Source of the DNA: Camelus dromedarius
Taxonomy: Eukaryota
Length of the DNA: 64,000 nucleotides
NCBI RefSeq assembly: GCF_036321535.1
Contig: NC_087437.1
Coordinates: forward strand, 67,458,001-67,522,000
Direction: 5' to 3'
Below, piece after piece: positions 38,931 through 51,639 of the stretch (positions are counted from its first letter, which is position 1; each line of letters opens with the position of its first letter). A program made the position numbers and the translations under genes. The notes under the pieces were generated by a model. It saw only the letters and a list, made by a program, of their open reading frames with translations, searched no databases and was not told the origin of the DNA.

Positions 38931-39229
38931 AGGCAAAGCCAGAGTAACCCCATTTTGTTACTTGAATTTTTTCCCTTTTGTGGGTAGTGTGGCCCAGGAA
39001 AACGTGGGTTACATGAAGAGGGCTGAACCTTCATCAAAATACAAGGGAAGACGTCAACTCTTTGCTGTGAAGTTAGATGGAGAAAATTTTATGCCAAACG
39101 TAATAGATACCAACTTGCACTCACTCAGCTCTGCTTTAAATGAAATTCTCTATTCTTTTGGTGAAACACACTGAATAGTGACTATGGCTGACTTGACGTT
39201 TACAGCTAGTGTGTCCTGTCCGGTTCGTA

Positions 39230-39770
39230 CAGTGTCTCAAGCACACCTCTTCCATCAGTCAATTTGTGTGCCAATCAAGGGTCAATTATGTTTACTCCTA
39301 AACTTGTCAATTGTTTTACTTTTATTAAATTGTAGTAACTTAATTAAGTAATATGTAAACTGATGAAGTATAAAGTGTGAAAAGAGACTATTTTTGATTC
39401 TATAAAAGCTAAGTTAAATGCTTAGGTAAGACTTGATAAAGGAGAGTGAGACAAAAGATAGAAAAGACGTGTAAACTCTGGAAGAATTTTGCATCAGGTT
39501 GCTTTACAAGTAGTATATTTAATTAAGTTCTTGTTTCACTTTAAAGGCAATGAAATGGGAAAAAAATAGACAATGCCTATGGCTGTGATTAATGAAAAGA
39601 ATTGTGACCCATAATGTCATCAGCTCTGGCCCTATGTGTAAATATTACATTTATACTTGCCTTTATATGTTCTAAATGAAAAGAAAATGTATAAAATAAT
39701 ATGCATCATTATTTTAATGCCTGCTGCTGTAAATTACTTGTTCAAGTAACTGACCAATAACAGCACCAAT
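39230..39770 (+). mobile_element. Old Tigger-family DNA transposon remnant with decayed transposase N-terminus
   Basis: 'gattctataaaagctaagttaaatgcttaggtaagacttgataaaggagag' reads approximately S-I-K-A-K-L-N-A-*-V-R-L-D-K-G-E, resembling the CENP-B/Tigger psq-type HTH start. Confidence 0.55.
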
Positions 39771-41075
39771 CACCAAACAATATAAAGAGAAATTCTGGCA
39801 ATTAATTCCTAATTTCTCATGTTAGGACTTGATACGATTAGTTAACTGTTAGTGATGCCAAGGGAATCCATCCTGTTTGGGACTTTCTGAATTCTTCTCT
39901 TGCCCTCAAGCTTAGCTAGCCTCTTCTTCTGCTCCATTAATATTCTATATGGAAATGACCACTTCGTTGTAACAAGGGCTTTGATATAAATTGTGTCAGA
40001 ATCTCTATTACTGCCTGAGTTTGCATATGAAATAGCAATGTTCTTGCTAATTGATTTCTAATGATCTTTTGCTTTCTGTTAATATGCTCTGCAAAATAAC
40101 TGCCACACCATCACTCATACCCGGGAATAGCTTCTGTCCCTGCTTGTTGGTCCTCAAGCTGTCTCTCTCTGGGTGCTTTTGCCTGCTGACTCTGTGTGGT
40201 GCCCACTGCCTTTTTCTTCTATCTCTGCTTGAGCAGGGAGAAGCAAAATTTAAACTCTTTAAACTTTTGAGGGAAAAGTTAAGATCAGATTAGGTTTGAT
40301 ATTCAAAATGGACTCCTCACTGGGTAATATGATACACGAGTTACATAAAGTGAAAAAAACAAAGGTAATTCTGAAAAAGCTATTTTGTACCCTGAAAAAC
40401 TAGAAATTCAAGAAATAGGGGTCTTCTTTTTCAAAGCGATATCCTGAGTATGCTATGGTCATCCAGGATGACATACTCACATAGCCACATTTGAGAACTA
40501 CATAGAAGTATAGTTCAGAAATATTTAAGGACCGTTAGGAAGAAACTGTAGAAAAGTACAAAACAAAGGAAGCTGCTGTAGAGAAGCTGGGCAAAAAGTA
40601 CGAAGAAACTAGAGAAGAAAGAGGATGACTGAGTGACTGACATAGGCAGAGATCTGCTAGGACCACCAGGCAGAATATGCACTTATTGATCAGAGGGACA
40701 ACAGCCATGACAGACTGATTAAGGGAGAGTTTCACAGGTGCCAACTTGAGAGTTGCATGTACAGGAAAAGGAAAGGCTAATTGATTGGGATCACTACTAT
40801 TAGGGTGGAATGAACAAATGCCATCAATTTGGAGTAGGGGATATTATGAGGAAATATTTTACCTGGAAGTGAGCTCAGACAAAACCACTTTTTATCCTTC
40901 ATCATCACTGGAACTGAGAGGTGACTCTTGAGGACCCAACAATTCTGAGGAGATGGCTAAGTTATACTAGATATAGAAATAAGAAGGGCAGACTGACCCA
41001 AGGGTTATGGCTGGAGGAATAAAATAAACTGGGAATAGAAACACACACAGAATCCCAATGAAAAAGCCTTGGGAT

Positions 41076-41097
41076 CACCATCACCACCACCACCACC

Positions 41098-41155
<58 letters not shown>

Positions 41156-41204
41156 CCATCATCACCACCATCATCACCACCATCACCACCACCACCATCA
41201 TCAT
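41076..41204. repeat. Compound (CAC)n/(CAT)n trinucleotide repeat, 43 units
   Basis: 129 nt of uninterrupted CAY triplets. Confidence 0.97.
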
Positions 41205-42189
41205 CCTTTCTTCAAGTGCCCACAATCCTGTTGTTTTCTGGAGAAGACTGATTCCTCATTGAACACTACCCTTCTCATGCCTTGTTCTAGAAAGTCATCT
41301 TTTAAGATAAGAGATGGACCAATTATGTCATCTTTTAACCCACGTAACAAAGGCTGTCCATCTCTGATGATGTTACCAAAACAGGCACTATTGAGTCAAA
41401 TTTACCACAAATGCCAGGATACAAAGTATCTGCATTTTCCCTTTTCTTATCCCAAAGACTACAAATCTTCTGAAATGTGATAAGATATGGGTTCTGAATG
41501 AAAAGACCCTGATCTGATAACCAGCTTTCTGAACTTTAACATTATTTATCAATCAGAGACCCAATTTGTAGAACATCAATTGTCTCATGTTCAGAGATTT
41601 GAGTTCTTTGCTGTTTTGGCCACACAGTGAAGCAATTTGAATAGAGGTAAAAGTGTTCTAGCCACATTTCTGAAAATTTATTTCTTTTGATTTCACGTCA
41701 GCCAAGAAAGGCTGACCTTTTCTGTCTTTGTTCTTATTTCTATAGAAATGCTAAGGGACATGTAGATTCTTCATATCTCCAGTTTCAATTTGATGATCTC
41801 CTGAACTTTATAGTTTCTGCTCACACTATTTGACATCATAATTTTGTGAGATCTAGATTCTAGGATTGGCTATGGTACTAACAAAGTTTCACCATGAGGA
41901 GATCTAGATTGCAAGATAATTTCTTTATGGGTCCATTCTTAGAGGGATAGCAGTCTGAGTGAAAGAAGAAAGAAGAAAATACCTGGTTTAATTGATTGAT
42001 CTGTGAGTATCCCCTAATAGAATTAAAGCAGCTTAAAGGGAAATGCAAGGTGGAACATACTTTGCATCTTAACATGGAGTCAAGAGTATCTGTTAATTCA
42101 TTAATTAACTAGTCTCATTTTTCTTATCATCATACTCTTATGTATGCAGGGAGAGACCATCTCTTTTAATTATGAATTTCATTATAATC

Positions 42190-42298
42190 CTTTTAATTGA
42201 AGTATAGTCGATTTACAATGTTGTGTTAGTTTCTGGTGTACACCATGGTGATTCAGTTATACATATATATATTCTTTTTCATTATAGGTTATCATAAG
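42190..42298 (-). mobile_element. L1 3' tip (artiodactyl-type)
   Basis: 'ttttaattgaagtatagtcgatttacaatgttgtgttagtttctggtgtac'. Confidence 0.8.
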
Positions 42299-42654
42299 CA
42301 ACCTTATTTTTTAAGTTTATTTTTCCAAAGACAGTCATTTTTGAGTCACATCACACATCCCAACTCTCCACCAACCAGGATTATATGTTAAACAATGGCT
42401 TCCAAAAAATCATGGTGTAAGTTTTGTCATGATTGTTACTGAGTAACAGGGAGTCTTAGAATATGATGAAATGTATGTATAGAATATAACGTTTGTTTCA
42501 GTTTGGCTTCTGTTGACATATAAGCTGTTGTAAATGCTAATCAACAATCAGCAGTGAAGTAAAACCCTGAGTTTGAACAAAGAAAAGATGAAGTACCTTA
42601 ATCTGGTACTTGATAGGATACCTTGTGATGACTGCTGTTGTAAGCATTTCCCTA

Positions 42655-43580
42655 AAGTCTCTGTCCCCACATATGCACAGCCTCCCCAATTATTAACATC
42701 ACTTACCAGAGGGGACATTTTTTATCCTACATTGACACACCATAATCACCCAAAGTCCACAGTTTACCTTAGGGTTTACTCTTGATGTTGTACAGCCCAT
42801 AGGTTTGGACAAATGTATAATGACACATATCCATCATTATATTATGCAGAGTATTTTCACTGCCCTAAAAATCCTCTGTACTCCCACCTATTCATCTCTC
42901 TCCCTCTCTTCCCCCTGGCAGTCACCTCTTTTTATTTTCTCCAGTTTTGCCTTTTCCAGAATGTTATATAGTTGGAAATATACAATATATAGCCTTTTTA
43001 GATTGACTTATTTCACTTAGTAATATGCATGTAAGGCTCCTCCATATCTTTTTATGGCTTGACAGCTAATTTCTTTTAAGTGCTAAATAATATTCCAGTG
43101 TCTAGATTTACCACAGTTTATTTATCCATTTACTTTCTGAAGAACATTTCGGTGCTTTCTTAGTTTTGACAATTATGAGTAAAGCTGCTATAAACATACA
43201 TATGCTGATTTTTCTGTGGACGTAAGTATTTAACCCCTTTGGGTAAATACCAAACAGTGTGATTGCTGGATTGTATGGTAAGAGGATGTTTAGTTTTGTA
43301 AGAAATCTCCAAATATCTTCCAAAGTTGCTCCACATTTTTACCAACATGTCATCAGTTTTCCAGGTTTTGGTCAGTCTAATAGTGTGTGGTAGTATTTCA
43401 TTGTTTTAATTCGCATTATTTTCATTTTCCTGATGACATGTGATGTGGAGCATCGTTTCATATGTTTATTTGCCATGTGAATATCTTCTTTGGTCAGGTG
43501 TCTTTGAAGGTCTTCTGCTCATTTTGTAATTGGGTGTTTTGTTTTCTTGCTGTTGAGTTTTAGAAGTTCTTTGTAATTTC
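42655..43580 (-). mobile_element. L1MC-like 3' end
   Basis: 'cataatcacccaaagtccacagtttaccttagggtttactcttg'; ORF 43108-43323 (-) reads like the L1 ORF2 C-terminus (WRFLTKLNILLPYNPAITLFGIYP). Confidence 0.85.
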
Positions 43581-43744
43581 TAATCTTTCTCTTGAAATTG
43601 TTTGTATATTTTTTCTCAATAGTCGTACATAAGTACTGAATAAAAGGAACTGCTATAAATAGGATTTTAATAATTTGAGTGAGTGTAGGGGAGAGGAGTG
43701 TTCTATAGTCCTGTAGTGAGGTCTCAGTTTTTTAGCAAGCATGA

Positions 43745-45148
43745 GCTGTTCTTTATATGTTTGGTAGAATTTCCCTGTGAAGCCATCTGTTTGTGGACTT
43801 TTGGTTGCGGGGAGTTTTTAAATTATAAATTTAATTTTACTACTAGTGATCAGTCTGTTCACATTGTCTGTTTCTTCCTGATTTACTCGTGAAAGGCTGT
43901 ATGTTTCTAGAAATTTGTCCATTTCTTCTAGGTTTTCCAATTTGTTGGCATATACCTGTTTGTAATATGATTTTTTGTACCTCTGTCATATCAGTTGTTA
44001 TTTCTTCTCTTTTATTTCTTATTCTGTTTATTTCAGTCTGCTTTTCTTGATGAGCCTACCTAAATGTTTATCAATTTTGTTTATATTGTCAAAGAACCAC
44101 CTCTTGGCTTCATTGATCTTTCATATTATGTTTTGATCTCTATATTATTTATTTCCTTTTTGATTTTTATTATTTCCTTCCTTCTGCTGACTTTGGTTTT
44201 TGTTTGTTCTTTTTTCTAATCCATTTAGATGCAAAGTTAGGCTGTTCATCTGAGATTTTTCTTGTTTCTTGATGTATTGCTATATTGTCTGTTGCTATAA
44301 ACTACCCTCTTAGAACTGCCTTCTCTGAGTCCCATAGATTTTGGAAACTTGCATTTTAATTTTATTTTTCTTAGAGTATTTTCTGACTTCCTTTTTTATT
44401 TCTTTATTGACGTACTAGTTTTTTAGTAACCTGTTATTTAGTTCCATGTGTTTTTCCTATTCTTTCCTCTCTAATTGATTTCTAGTTTCATGTTTTTTCT
44501 AGTGGTCAGAAAAAAATGCTTAATATAAGTTCTATCTTCTTAAATTTTTTGAGACTTATGTGGCATAGCATATGATCAATCTTGGAGAATGTTCCATGTG
44601 TACATGAAAAGAATATGTATTCTGCTGTTTTGGGATAGAATGTTTTCTAGGTATCTATTAAGTCCAACTAATCTATTGGTCATTTAATACCATTGTTGCC
44701 TAATTGGTTTTCTCTCTGGATGATCTTTCTTTTGATGTATGTAGGGTGTCAAAGTCTCCTAGTATTATTGTATTGTTGTCTATTTCTCCTTTTATATCTG
44801 TTAATATTTGCTTTATATATTTAGGCACTCCTGTATTGGATGTGTCTATGTTAATGAGTGTAATATCTTCTTCTTATATCGATCCCATTATCATAATACC
44901 TTTCTTTGTCTTTGGTTACTGACTTTTTAAAAAGTCTGTTTTGTCTGATATTTGTATTGGTACCCCACTTTCTTGTCATTTCCATTTGCATGAAACATCT
45001 TTTTCCATCCCCTCTCTTTCAGTCTGTATTTGTCTTTAGTTCTGAAGCATGTAGATAGGTTTTGTTTTTTTATCCAATCAGCTACTCTGTGTCTCTTGAT
45101 TGGAGCATTTAGTCCATTAAAATTTAAAGTTATTATATAGATATGTAC
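43745..45148 (-). mobile_element. L1 ORF2 5' part (endonuclease/linker region), degenerate
   Basis: Antisense ORF2 text 'tttggtagaatttccctgtgaagccatctg', 'cttggagaatgttccatgtg', 'ttccatttgcatgaaacatctttttccatccc'. Confidence 0.85.
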
Positions 45149-45154
45149 ATGTCT

Positions 45155-47965
45155 ATAGAAACAAAATCATTGCTTTCTAGGTAGATTACCCAAAAGGTAG
45201 ACAAGCATAAACAATCTCTTATCAGGAGAAGACCAATAATCCAATAAAACTTTGTCCTTTTAACAGAGAAAACCAAATGCAAATTTTGCAGTAATGTGTT
45301 TTTGATATTAAAATTTCATTGTTTAAACACTTAAATAAATCTACTCCAATCTTAGCCATCTTGACCATACATAAAATTCCTTTCCCAATATTTCTTTTCT
45401 GCCAACCTACAACTTTTTTATATTCATTTAGATTTTATCCTATGATTTTCTTCTTTCTCATTCTGGAACAATAAGTCATTTTATTTTCCTAACCTACTTT
45501 TTATGTGCAGTTGCTTTGTTTCACCTTGATTATGTCTAAGCAATTTTAATTACATTCACATTCTTAACCTTTAGAATCCTTAAATCCCAGTGAAGACTAA
45601 GAAGTAAACAATTATAGCTTGTCTGTTACACTAGCGTTCTGTGGATTGGCAAATTTATAAATACATCTTATAATTTCTAAGAGTATATTTTTCCTTACAG
45701 TAAATTTTTCAATGTAATGCAAAAAAATCTACTACTAGATCTAAATATTTTTATTTCCTCTGTAATAGAAAGCCAAAAGTGGATAAACATAGGTTTAATA
45801 ATTAATGTTTTAGTATTTTCTCTTTTGAAAATGAGATATTTTCAAGATATTTTCCTAGATATTCAAGGAATATCCATCATTTAACTTATTTTAGTATACC
45901 TTTAAGATTTCAAATTACCAAAAATATTTGGGGAACTATTTTTAAGTAGACATACCCTAAAGCATGATTATTGTTGAAAAACTCATGTATAAACTTTTAT
46001 TACATACATCTATTTAATTCACTTGTTCTTAATAATTATGCTTAGATTACTCATAAAAATTTCATGAAACATTAAACAGTTAACCATCTTAAATTACCTT
46101 TCTTGCTGATAAATTCTGTAACAGAGATAACATTGAGTGTATTTGACTTTTAGTAAACCTACGTAGAATAAAGGTGTTATATATAAGGCTGATAACTCTG
46201 AGGACATGCCTGTTTGAATTAAACCAACAAACTTAAACTAGCTTTTGTTTACCAAAGATTATCCTAATCATATGAACTTGAAAGACTTTTGAATTAGTCT
46301 GTATATTTCCAAGAGTGTACCTGATTTATAGATACACCTGTTTAAGTCAATTAAATAGAGATCTTTACAAATTAATTTTTACAGTACCATCAAGAGGTAG
46401 GAAAAAAACCACACATTTATAATGTACATACATGAGCATACATAAACATACAGTGCAGAGCCCTTACAGCTTTTGTTTTAAAATTTTAGTCACAAGACAG
46501 GTACAATAATGCAGAACTCACTAGTTTGTAAGATAATTGTGTTTCTGTTATATGGAATAAGTTAAGGTTACCTGCTCAGATGGCTAACGCTTCTTACCAA
46601 TATTTGGGGAAGAGACTTTTAAGATTTTTCATAGGCCTGCTTTACAAAATAGCTTTTCTTTTTTCTTTTTCTTTTTTTTTTCTTTTTCTGAAAAAAGTTA
46701 CCTTTGGTTCCTAGAGAAGACTAAGTAGAATACTTAATCTCAAAAGAATGCAAGTTCTACCAAGAACAACTTTCCTAAGTCCAGCTCTTTTACAATATCT
46801 GCAGGTCTTTAGAGATGAATAGGGGAGGTTTTGGGATTGGTAGAAAGGATTGATGGGCCTTGAACTGTTTCTGGTAGGAAGGATAGATGGGCCTTGAACT
46901 GTTTCTTTCTGTTTTTGTAAATGCTAGATTTGTAAGACAAGTATAGTTGTTACTTATTCCTCAAAGAATTGGGTGCAATCTGAATGATATGGAGGCTGCC
47001 CCACCATCCAACTACATTATCTTCAGTTTGCTTTTTTATATCAGGGAGCTCTTCAACTAAGATGGGGCTCAAAAGATTCCTGTGTTCTAGATTTAGAGCT
47101 GTGTGCCTTTGAAATGTTTTCATAAATTCTGCAAAGGCTTCACAGTGTTTCCTCCCTCCCTCCCCTTGCTGGGTACATAGTTTCATCATAGTTTCATTTC
47201 AGTTTAGTAGAGAAGGCTTAAAAAGCAAATTCCTAAACAGGCTCTGAATATTGGCTTCCAATTTGGCCAACTTCTGAGTATAGAAATACTTGTAAAAAAT
47301 GCTTTCAAATATCTGGTCAGATTTCAGCTGGGAGAAACAGTAAATATCCCTGGCAGTATTAAATAACCCCTTGGACACAAGAAGCATCCCTGAAGAGGGT
47401 GCAACAGATACTACCCTCCCAAGATCTAGAGCTACTCCCAAAAATAACCAAAAGAAAGAAGGACTTCAACAATTTCCCTGAGAGCTGGCAACAGTTGATG
47501 GGACACTAGCCACAAGTGGAATGGAAACCATATTTCTGTCCAGCCATATCTAGTCATAAATGTGGTGCAGTGCACGCTTCTGTCCAACCATATTTTTGGG
47601 TCCCCCAACTTGACCGTTGTGAAGCCAGGTTCTCAGAACATGAGACAAGACAAACAAGAAGGCAATTCCTGTCTCTGAGAATGAAAGTCTCAACAACCAG
47701 TGGGTACCTGAAAGCAAATTCATGAGTCATAATTCTAAGATCTAATTCTTACAAATGTTTTTCCTGCCAATCTGAATTTGAAAAAGAAGGGATGTGAAAG
47801 TTTACCTTCTTGTTTAGATCAGGCACTACAGATAGAGGTCTAGGAGAGCTGACTTGGTAAGAATTCTTACTCTTTGTTGGCTTCTACCAGTTTTCCCAGG
47901 ATCCTGTCTGCAGGCTCTGGTATGAGTAGGGTGTCCCAGTGGGTCTCATTCTGGTCACTAGAAAC
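45155..47965 (-). mobile_element. ERV1 (MER4-group-like) non-coding internal sequence, 3'-truncated
   Basis: AT-rich internal text with MER4-int-like segments ('gaattaaaccaacaaacttaaactag', 'gacttggtaagaattcttac'); decayed PBS at 47943-47960 next to an LTR stub; no gag/pol ORF in the track. Confidence 0.65.
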
Positions 47966-48034
47966 TGTAGAGGAGGATAAACAATTTTCCCTCTATCCTA
48001 TATAGTGAGTGCTTGACTGAGACCCCCTTGTCTT

Positions 48035-48846
48035 CAGGGCACCTACTAAATGAATAAGCTTATCTAGGTTAAAAGTTCCTCACTGTGGCCAATGTAATTC
48101 AAGGCTGCCTTTTGTGAAGTTAATCTGCTTGTTCATTCTTAAAATAAAATTCGATTCACCGAAGACCTCACACTGGACCCATCCAGCTTAAGTTGGACTC
48201 TGACTGACCCTGGACTCAATCCAACCCAGACCCAGTCTGAGTCTGGCAGGTTTCTGGACTCAATCTGGATGGAAAAAATACTTAAAGTCTAGAAGCTCAT
48301 GATGCAAAATCTGTGGTGCTAGAATTCAAGAGGGACTTACCTACGAGTGACCTCCAGTGGCAATGAGAAAGCAGCAACCTCACAGGGCTCAACAGGTACC
48401 TAGGCCTGGTTGCTTGTTGCTCCTGGGGGCCTGCAGGGGTCTCCTTCAGTTCCTTTTCTGACACCAGAACTGTTCAAAGATAAACTAGGACATATTAAAA
48501 ATTTTAAGAGTTTACTTGAGCAAAACTTGATCTGAATTGGGCAGCATCCAATCTACCAGATAGAAAAGAGCTCGGAGGAGCTGTACACAGTGAAAGACTT
48601 ACAAGCAGAAGGGAGCTGAAACAAGGAAATTGTACTGGTGAAAAGTGGGTTGATTATTGCAGAGTGACTTTCCTGTAGATGATGGCAAGTTTCTTTCAGG
48701 CAAAGGACCTAACTAGTGCTGATCTGGTGATTCTCAGTTGACTGGTCTGAGATTCCATTTCTGAGAGAACTAAAATTATAATCAAATCAAGTCTTGGTCT
48801 GGTGATGTAGGCTTAGCTTAAGCGACTCCATGTTTTGTTTTTAACA
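48035..48846 (-). mobile_element. ERV 5' LTR (family A, 48471-48846) with tRNA-Leu-type PBS and leader
   Basis: LTR has TG...CA ends; the minus strand immediately after it reads 'gttc TGGTGTCAGAAaaggaact' (48449-48466). Confidence 0.8.
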
Positions 48847-49004
48847 TTAGGAGAGAGAAGAGAATGTAACAGAAACTTTACATTCCGATAAAATCATCTG
48901 TAATTATTTGCTTCCTGACTGTTTGTGTTCCTCAAACTTATAAAGTCACCTTTCTCTAGTATCATAATTTTGAAATGTCTATACTTCTACTTTGGTCCAG
49001 CTTT

Positions 49005-49423
49005 CCTTTTTTTGTTAATTGAAGTATAGTTGGTTTACAATGTTGTATTAATTTTTGGTGTACAGAATAATGTTTCAGTCATACATATACCTACATATAT
49101 TCCTTTTCATATTTTTTTCTTTATAGGTTACTACAAGATATTGAATATAATTCCCTGTGCTATATAGTAGAAACTTGCTGTTTATTTATTTTATATATAG
49201 TAGTTAGTATCTTCAAATCTCAAACTCCCAATTTACCCCTTCCTACCTTCCTTCCCCCTGGTATCCATAAGTTTGTTTTGTATGTTTGTGAGTTTGTTTC
49301 TGTTTTGTAAATAAGTTCATTTGTTAGATTCCACATATAGGTGATATTATATGGTATTTTTCTTTCTCTTTCTGGTTTACTTCACTCTAACAATCTCCAG
49401 GTGCATCCATGTTGCTGCAAATG
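49005..49423 (-). mobile_element. L1 3' end (artiodactyl/camelid-type)
   Basis: Poly(T), then 'ttaattgaagtatagttggtttacaatgttg...ttccctgtgctata...catccatgttgctgcaaatg'. Confidence 0.9.
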
Positions 49424-50522
49424 AGCAAGGTCTCAGCTTAAGTCTGAGCTGTGTCTGGGCTTCCATGAAGTCTAGTGGGAAGAGCTGCCAAGACAGTAAC
49501 ACATGGGAGAGTAAATATCCTTAATCACTAAGTTTTAAAGGGAGAGAGAGAAGAGACCCCAACGGATCAAGGACAAAGACATAATAGTTAAAAGAAAAGG
49601 TAGGGGCAACTCTACATCTAACAAATCTGTTGCTCAGATTGTCTTTTAGTTGACTCATAGTAATTGTCTTTTGGTTGGGCTGCAATAAATGGAGAGATTG
49701 GAAACCAAGGGCTTTTTCACTGTGGTCTCTGTAGCTTGTTGATTGCACAATGTTCAAGAAACTGATGTGCTAAGACTATCTGCAGTGACTGGAGACAGCA
49801 CTAATGCCTTTAGTAGGACACATGCCAGGGCCCTCCATGCAGACAACACACCCTCATCACTTTGACTGGCTGCCTAAAGACAGATAGAACTGTGTGGAGG
49901 CAATTATGGTACCTTGGCATGCATCACTATTAGCTGTGGCAAGACCTTCACCACCCACATCATTAGTGTGCCTGAAATAAAGGGGAGTCTGTAATGCATG
50001 ATGTATTATAGCTTAGAGGACTGGTCCATAAAAAGCTTGTAAGACACTTGCCAATAATTCTGTAATTCAGGTTCCTGTAGGCTGAGTGGGGATAATAAAC
50101 CCAGGGATATTGAGCTTTGGAATGAATGTTGAGATTATCTTCTTATATATTTATTATGTTTGTTTTTGAGCTATTATAAATATATCAACACAAATATATT
50201 TATACAGGTATAATATATATTCAAAATATATATTGATTATTATTTATTGTATATTTAGTTATCACATACTAAGAACTATTTCTATGCTCTGTGTCCTTAA
50301 CCAATTTATCTACTCATATCCTCATTACATTTGAAACTATTTTGACTTGAAAACATAAATTACTATATAATAGGTTTAGTTTTGTTCCTCAAAATTACCT
50401 TTGACATTCTTACCTACCTGTTTTTACAGATGGTAGATTTTTTTTCTTAATAAGGCTCAAATCTTTTGCAGAAGTAAAATAGGGAATAAATGAAGCATTA
50501 ATAAATACCTTCACATGCATAC

Positions 50523-50970
50523 TGTCAACTGAAAAAAAATGTACAAACTGAAAGCTGAGAGTTGTTTTATTTGGGGACCTTCTGAGGACTATAGCCCAGG
50601 AGACGGACTCTCAGATAGCTCTGAGGAACTGTTCCAAAGAGGTCAGGGAGGATCCAGGACATACAGGAGTTTTCTTTTTTTTTTTTTCTGAGAAAAAAGT
50701 AGTCAAACATCCAAAGATTACTGCTAATTGCAAAAAAAGACATCCCAACTTAATAATTTTAGTGCTTTACTATATATGGGAAGATGCAAGAGCCTGGGCT
50801 CATTGAAATGATTCCTTTGATATGTGTCTTAACTTAGGGCCAGTCTCCTGTTTTTCTCCATCCTGAATTCCCCTCAGGGCACACATCAGGGGTGGCTACA
50901 GTGGCTGACGGCTTAATAACGGGTGACATTTACTGTTTACTGAAATGGCAGGCAATATTTTTTGTCCATA
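50523..50970 (-). mobile_element. ERV1-type solo LTR (family B) with 4-bp TSD
   Basis: ATAC at 50519-50522 and 50971-50974; reverse-complement similarity to 16544-16980. Confidence 0.85.
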
Positions 50971-51639
50971 ATACCTTCATGTATTCATGAACAAACAACT
51001 GAGCAGGTTTGTCCTTCCTTAAACATTTGGTTGATTTCCCACATCTAGCAGAATAAGGTCCAAATGTTTTTTATTGATGTCTAATGGCTTCCAGAGTCTG
51101 AGTTGCATTTTCCTTTTCATCAGTACTTTGGGAATTTCCTCACACCGGGATGGTTTACTCCCTCCAAAGGTCAGCCTTATTTTTAAGTAGTTTTGCTCAT
51201 GTTTTGAGGCTTTTCTGGTTGCTTGTCCTCCCCTAATCCATCTTTTAAAGCATATCCATTTTCTACGTCCAACTTGAGGGCCTAACTACCAAGCCCTTCA
51301 GTTCTTTCTACTTTGAACTCAGAGCCTACTCATCTGTACTGTGATTCAACATGAACCAGTGGGTGTCTAGCCTTTTTCGGTCCTTTAATGTTTATACTTT
51401 ACATCCTCAACAATGATACAAGTTCTTTGGTATCAGGGAGAGTATCTTGTCTGTCTTTGTGCCCCTAGGACTTCATAGTATCTGGAGCACAGTAGGGCCT
51501 GAATATGTGCTTATTGCTTGCTTGCTTGCTTGATTGGAGTGCCTAAGTTGGGGAAAGAAACTCCTAAGTAACTGGAATAGCATCGAAATAGAGAAATGGC
51601 GGGAGGACTAGAATTCTTTTAGTTTTAACTTCACAGTTT

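Noticed and set aside
40490..40630. Coiled-coil-looking reading EETVEKYKTKEAAVEKLGKKYEETREERG as an exon or pseudogene
   Set aside because: Bounded by stops, with no polypyrimidine tract or donor; purine-rich composition alone explains it.
16017..48846. The two family A LTRs as ends of one 32-kb provirus
   Set aside because: The interval is full of much older repeats (L2, MIR, CR1), the copies are visibly diverged with indels, and no shared TSD is evident.
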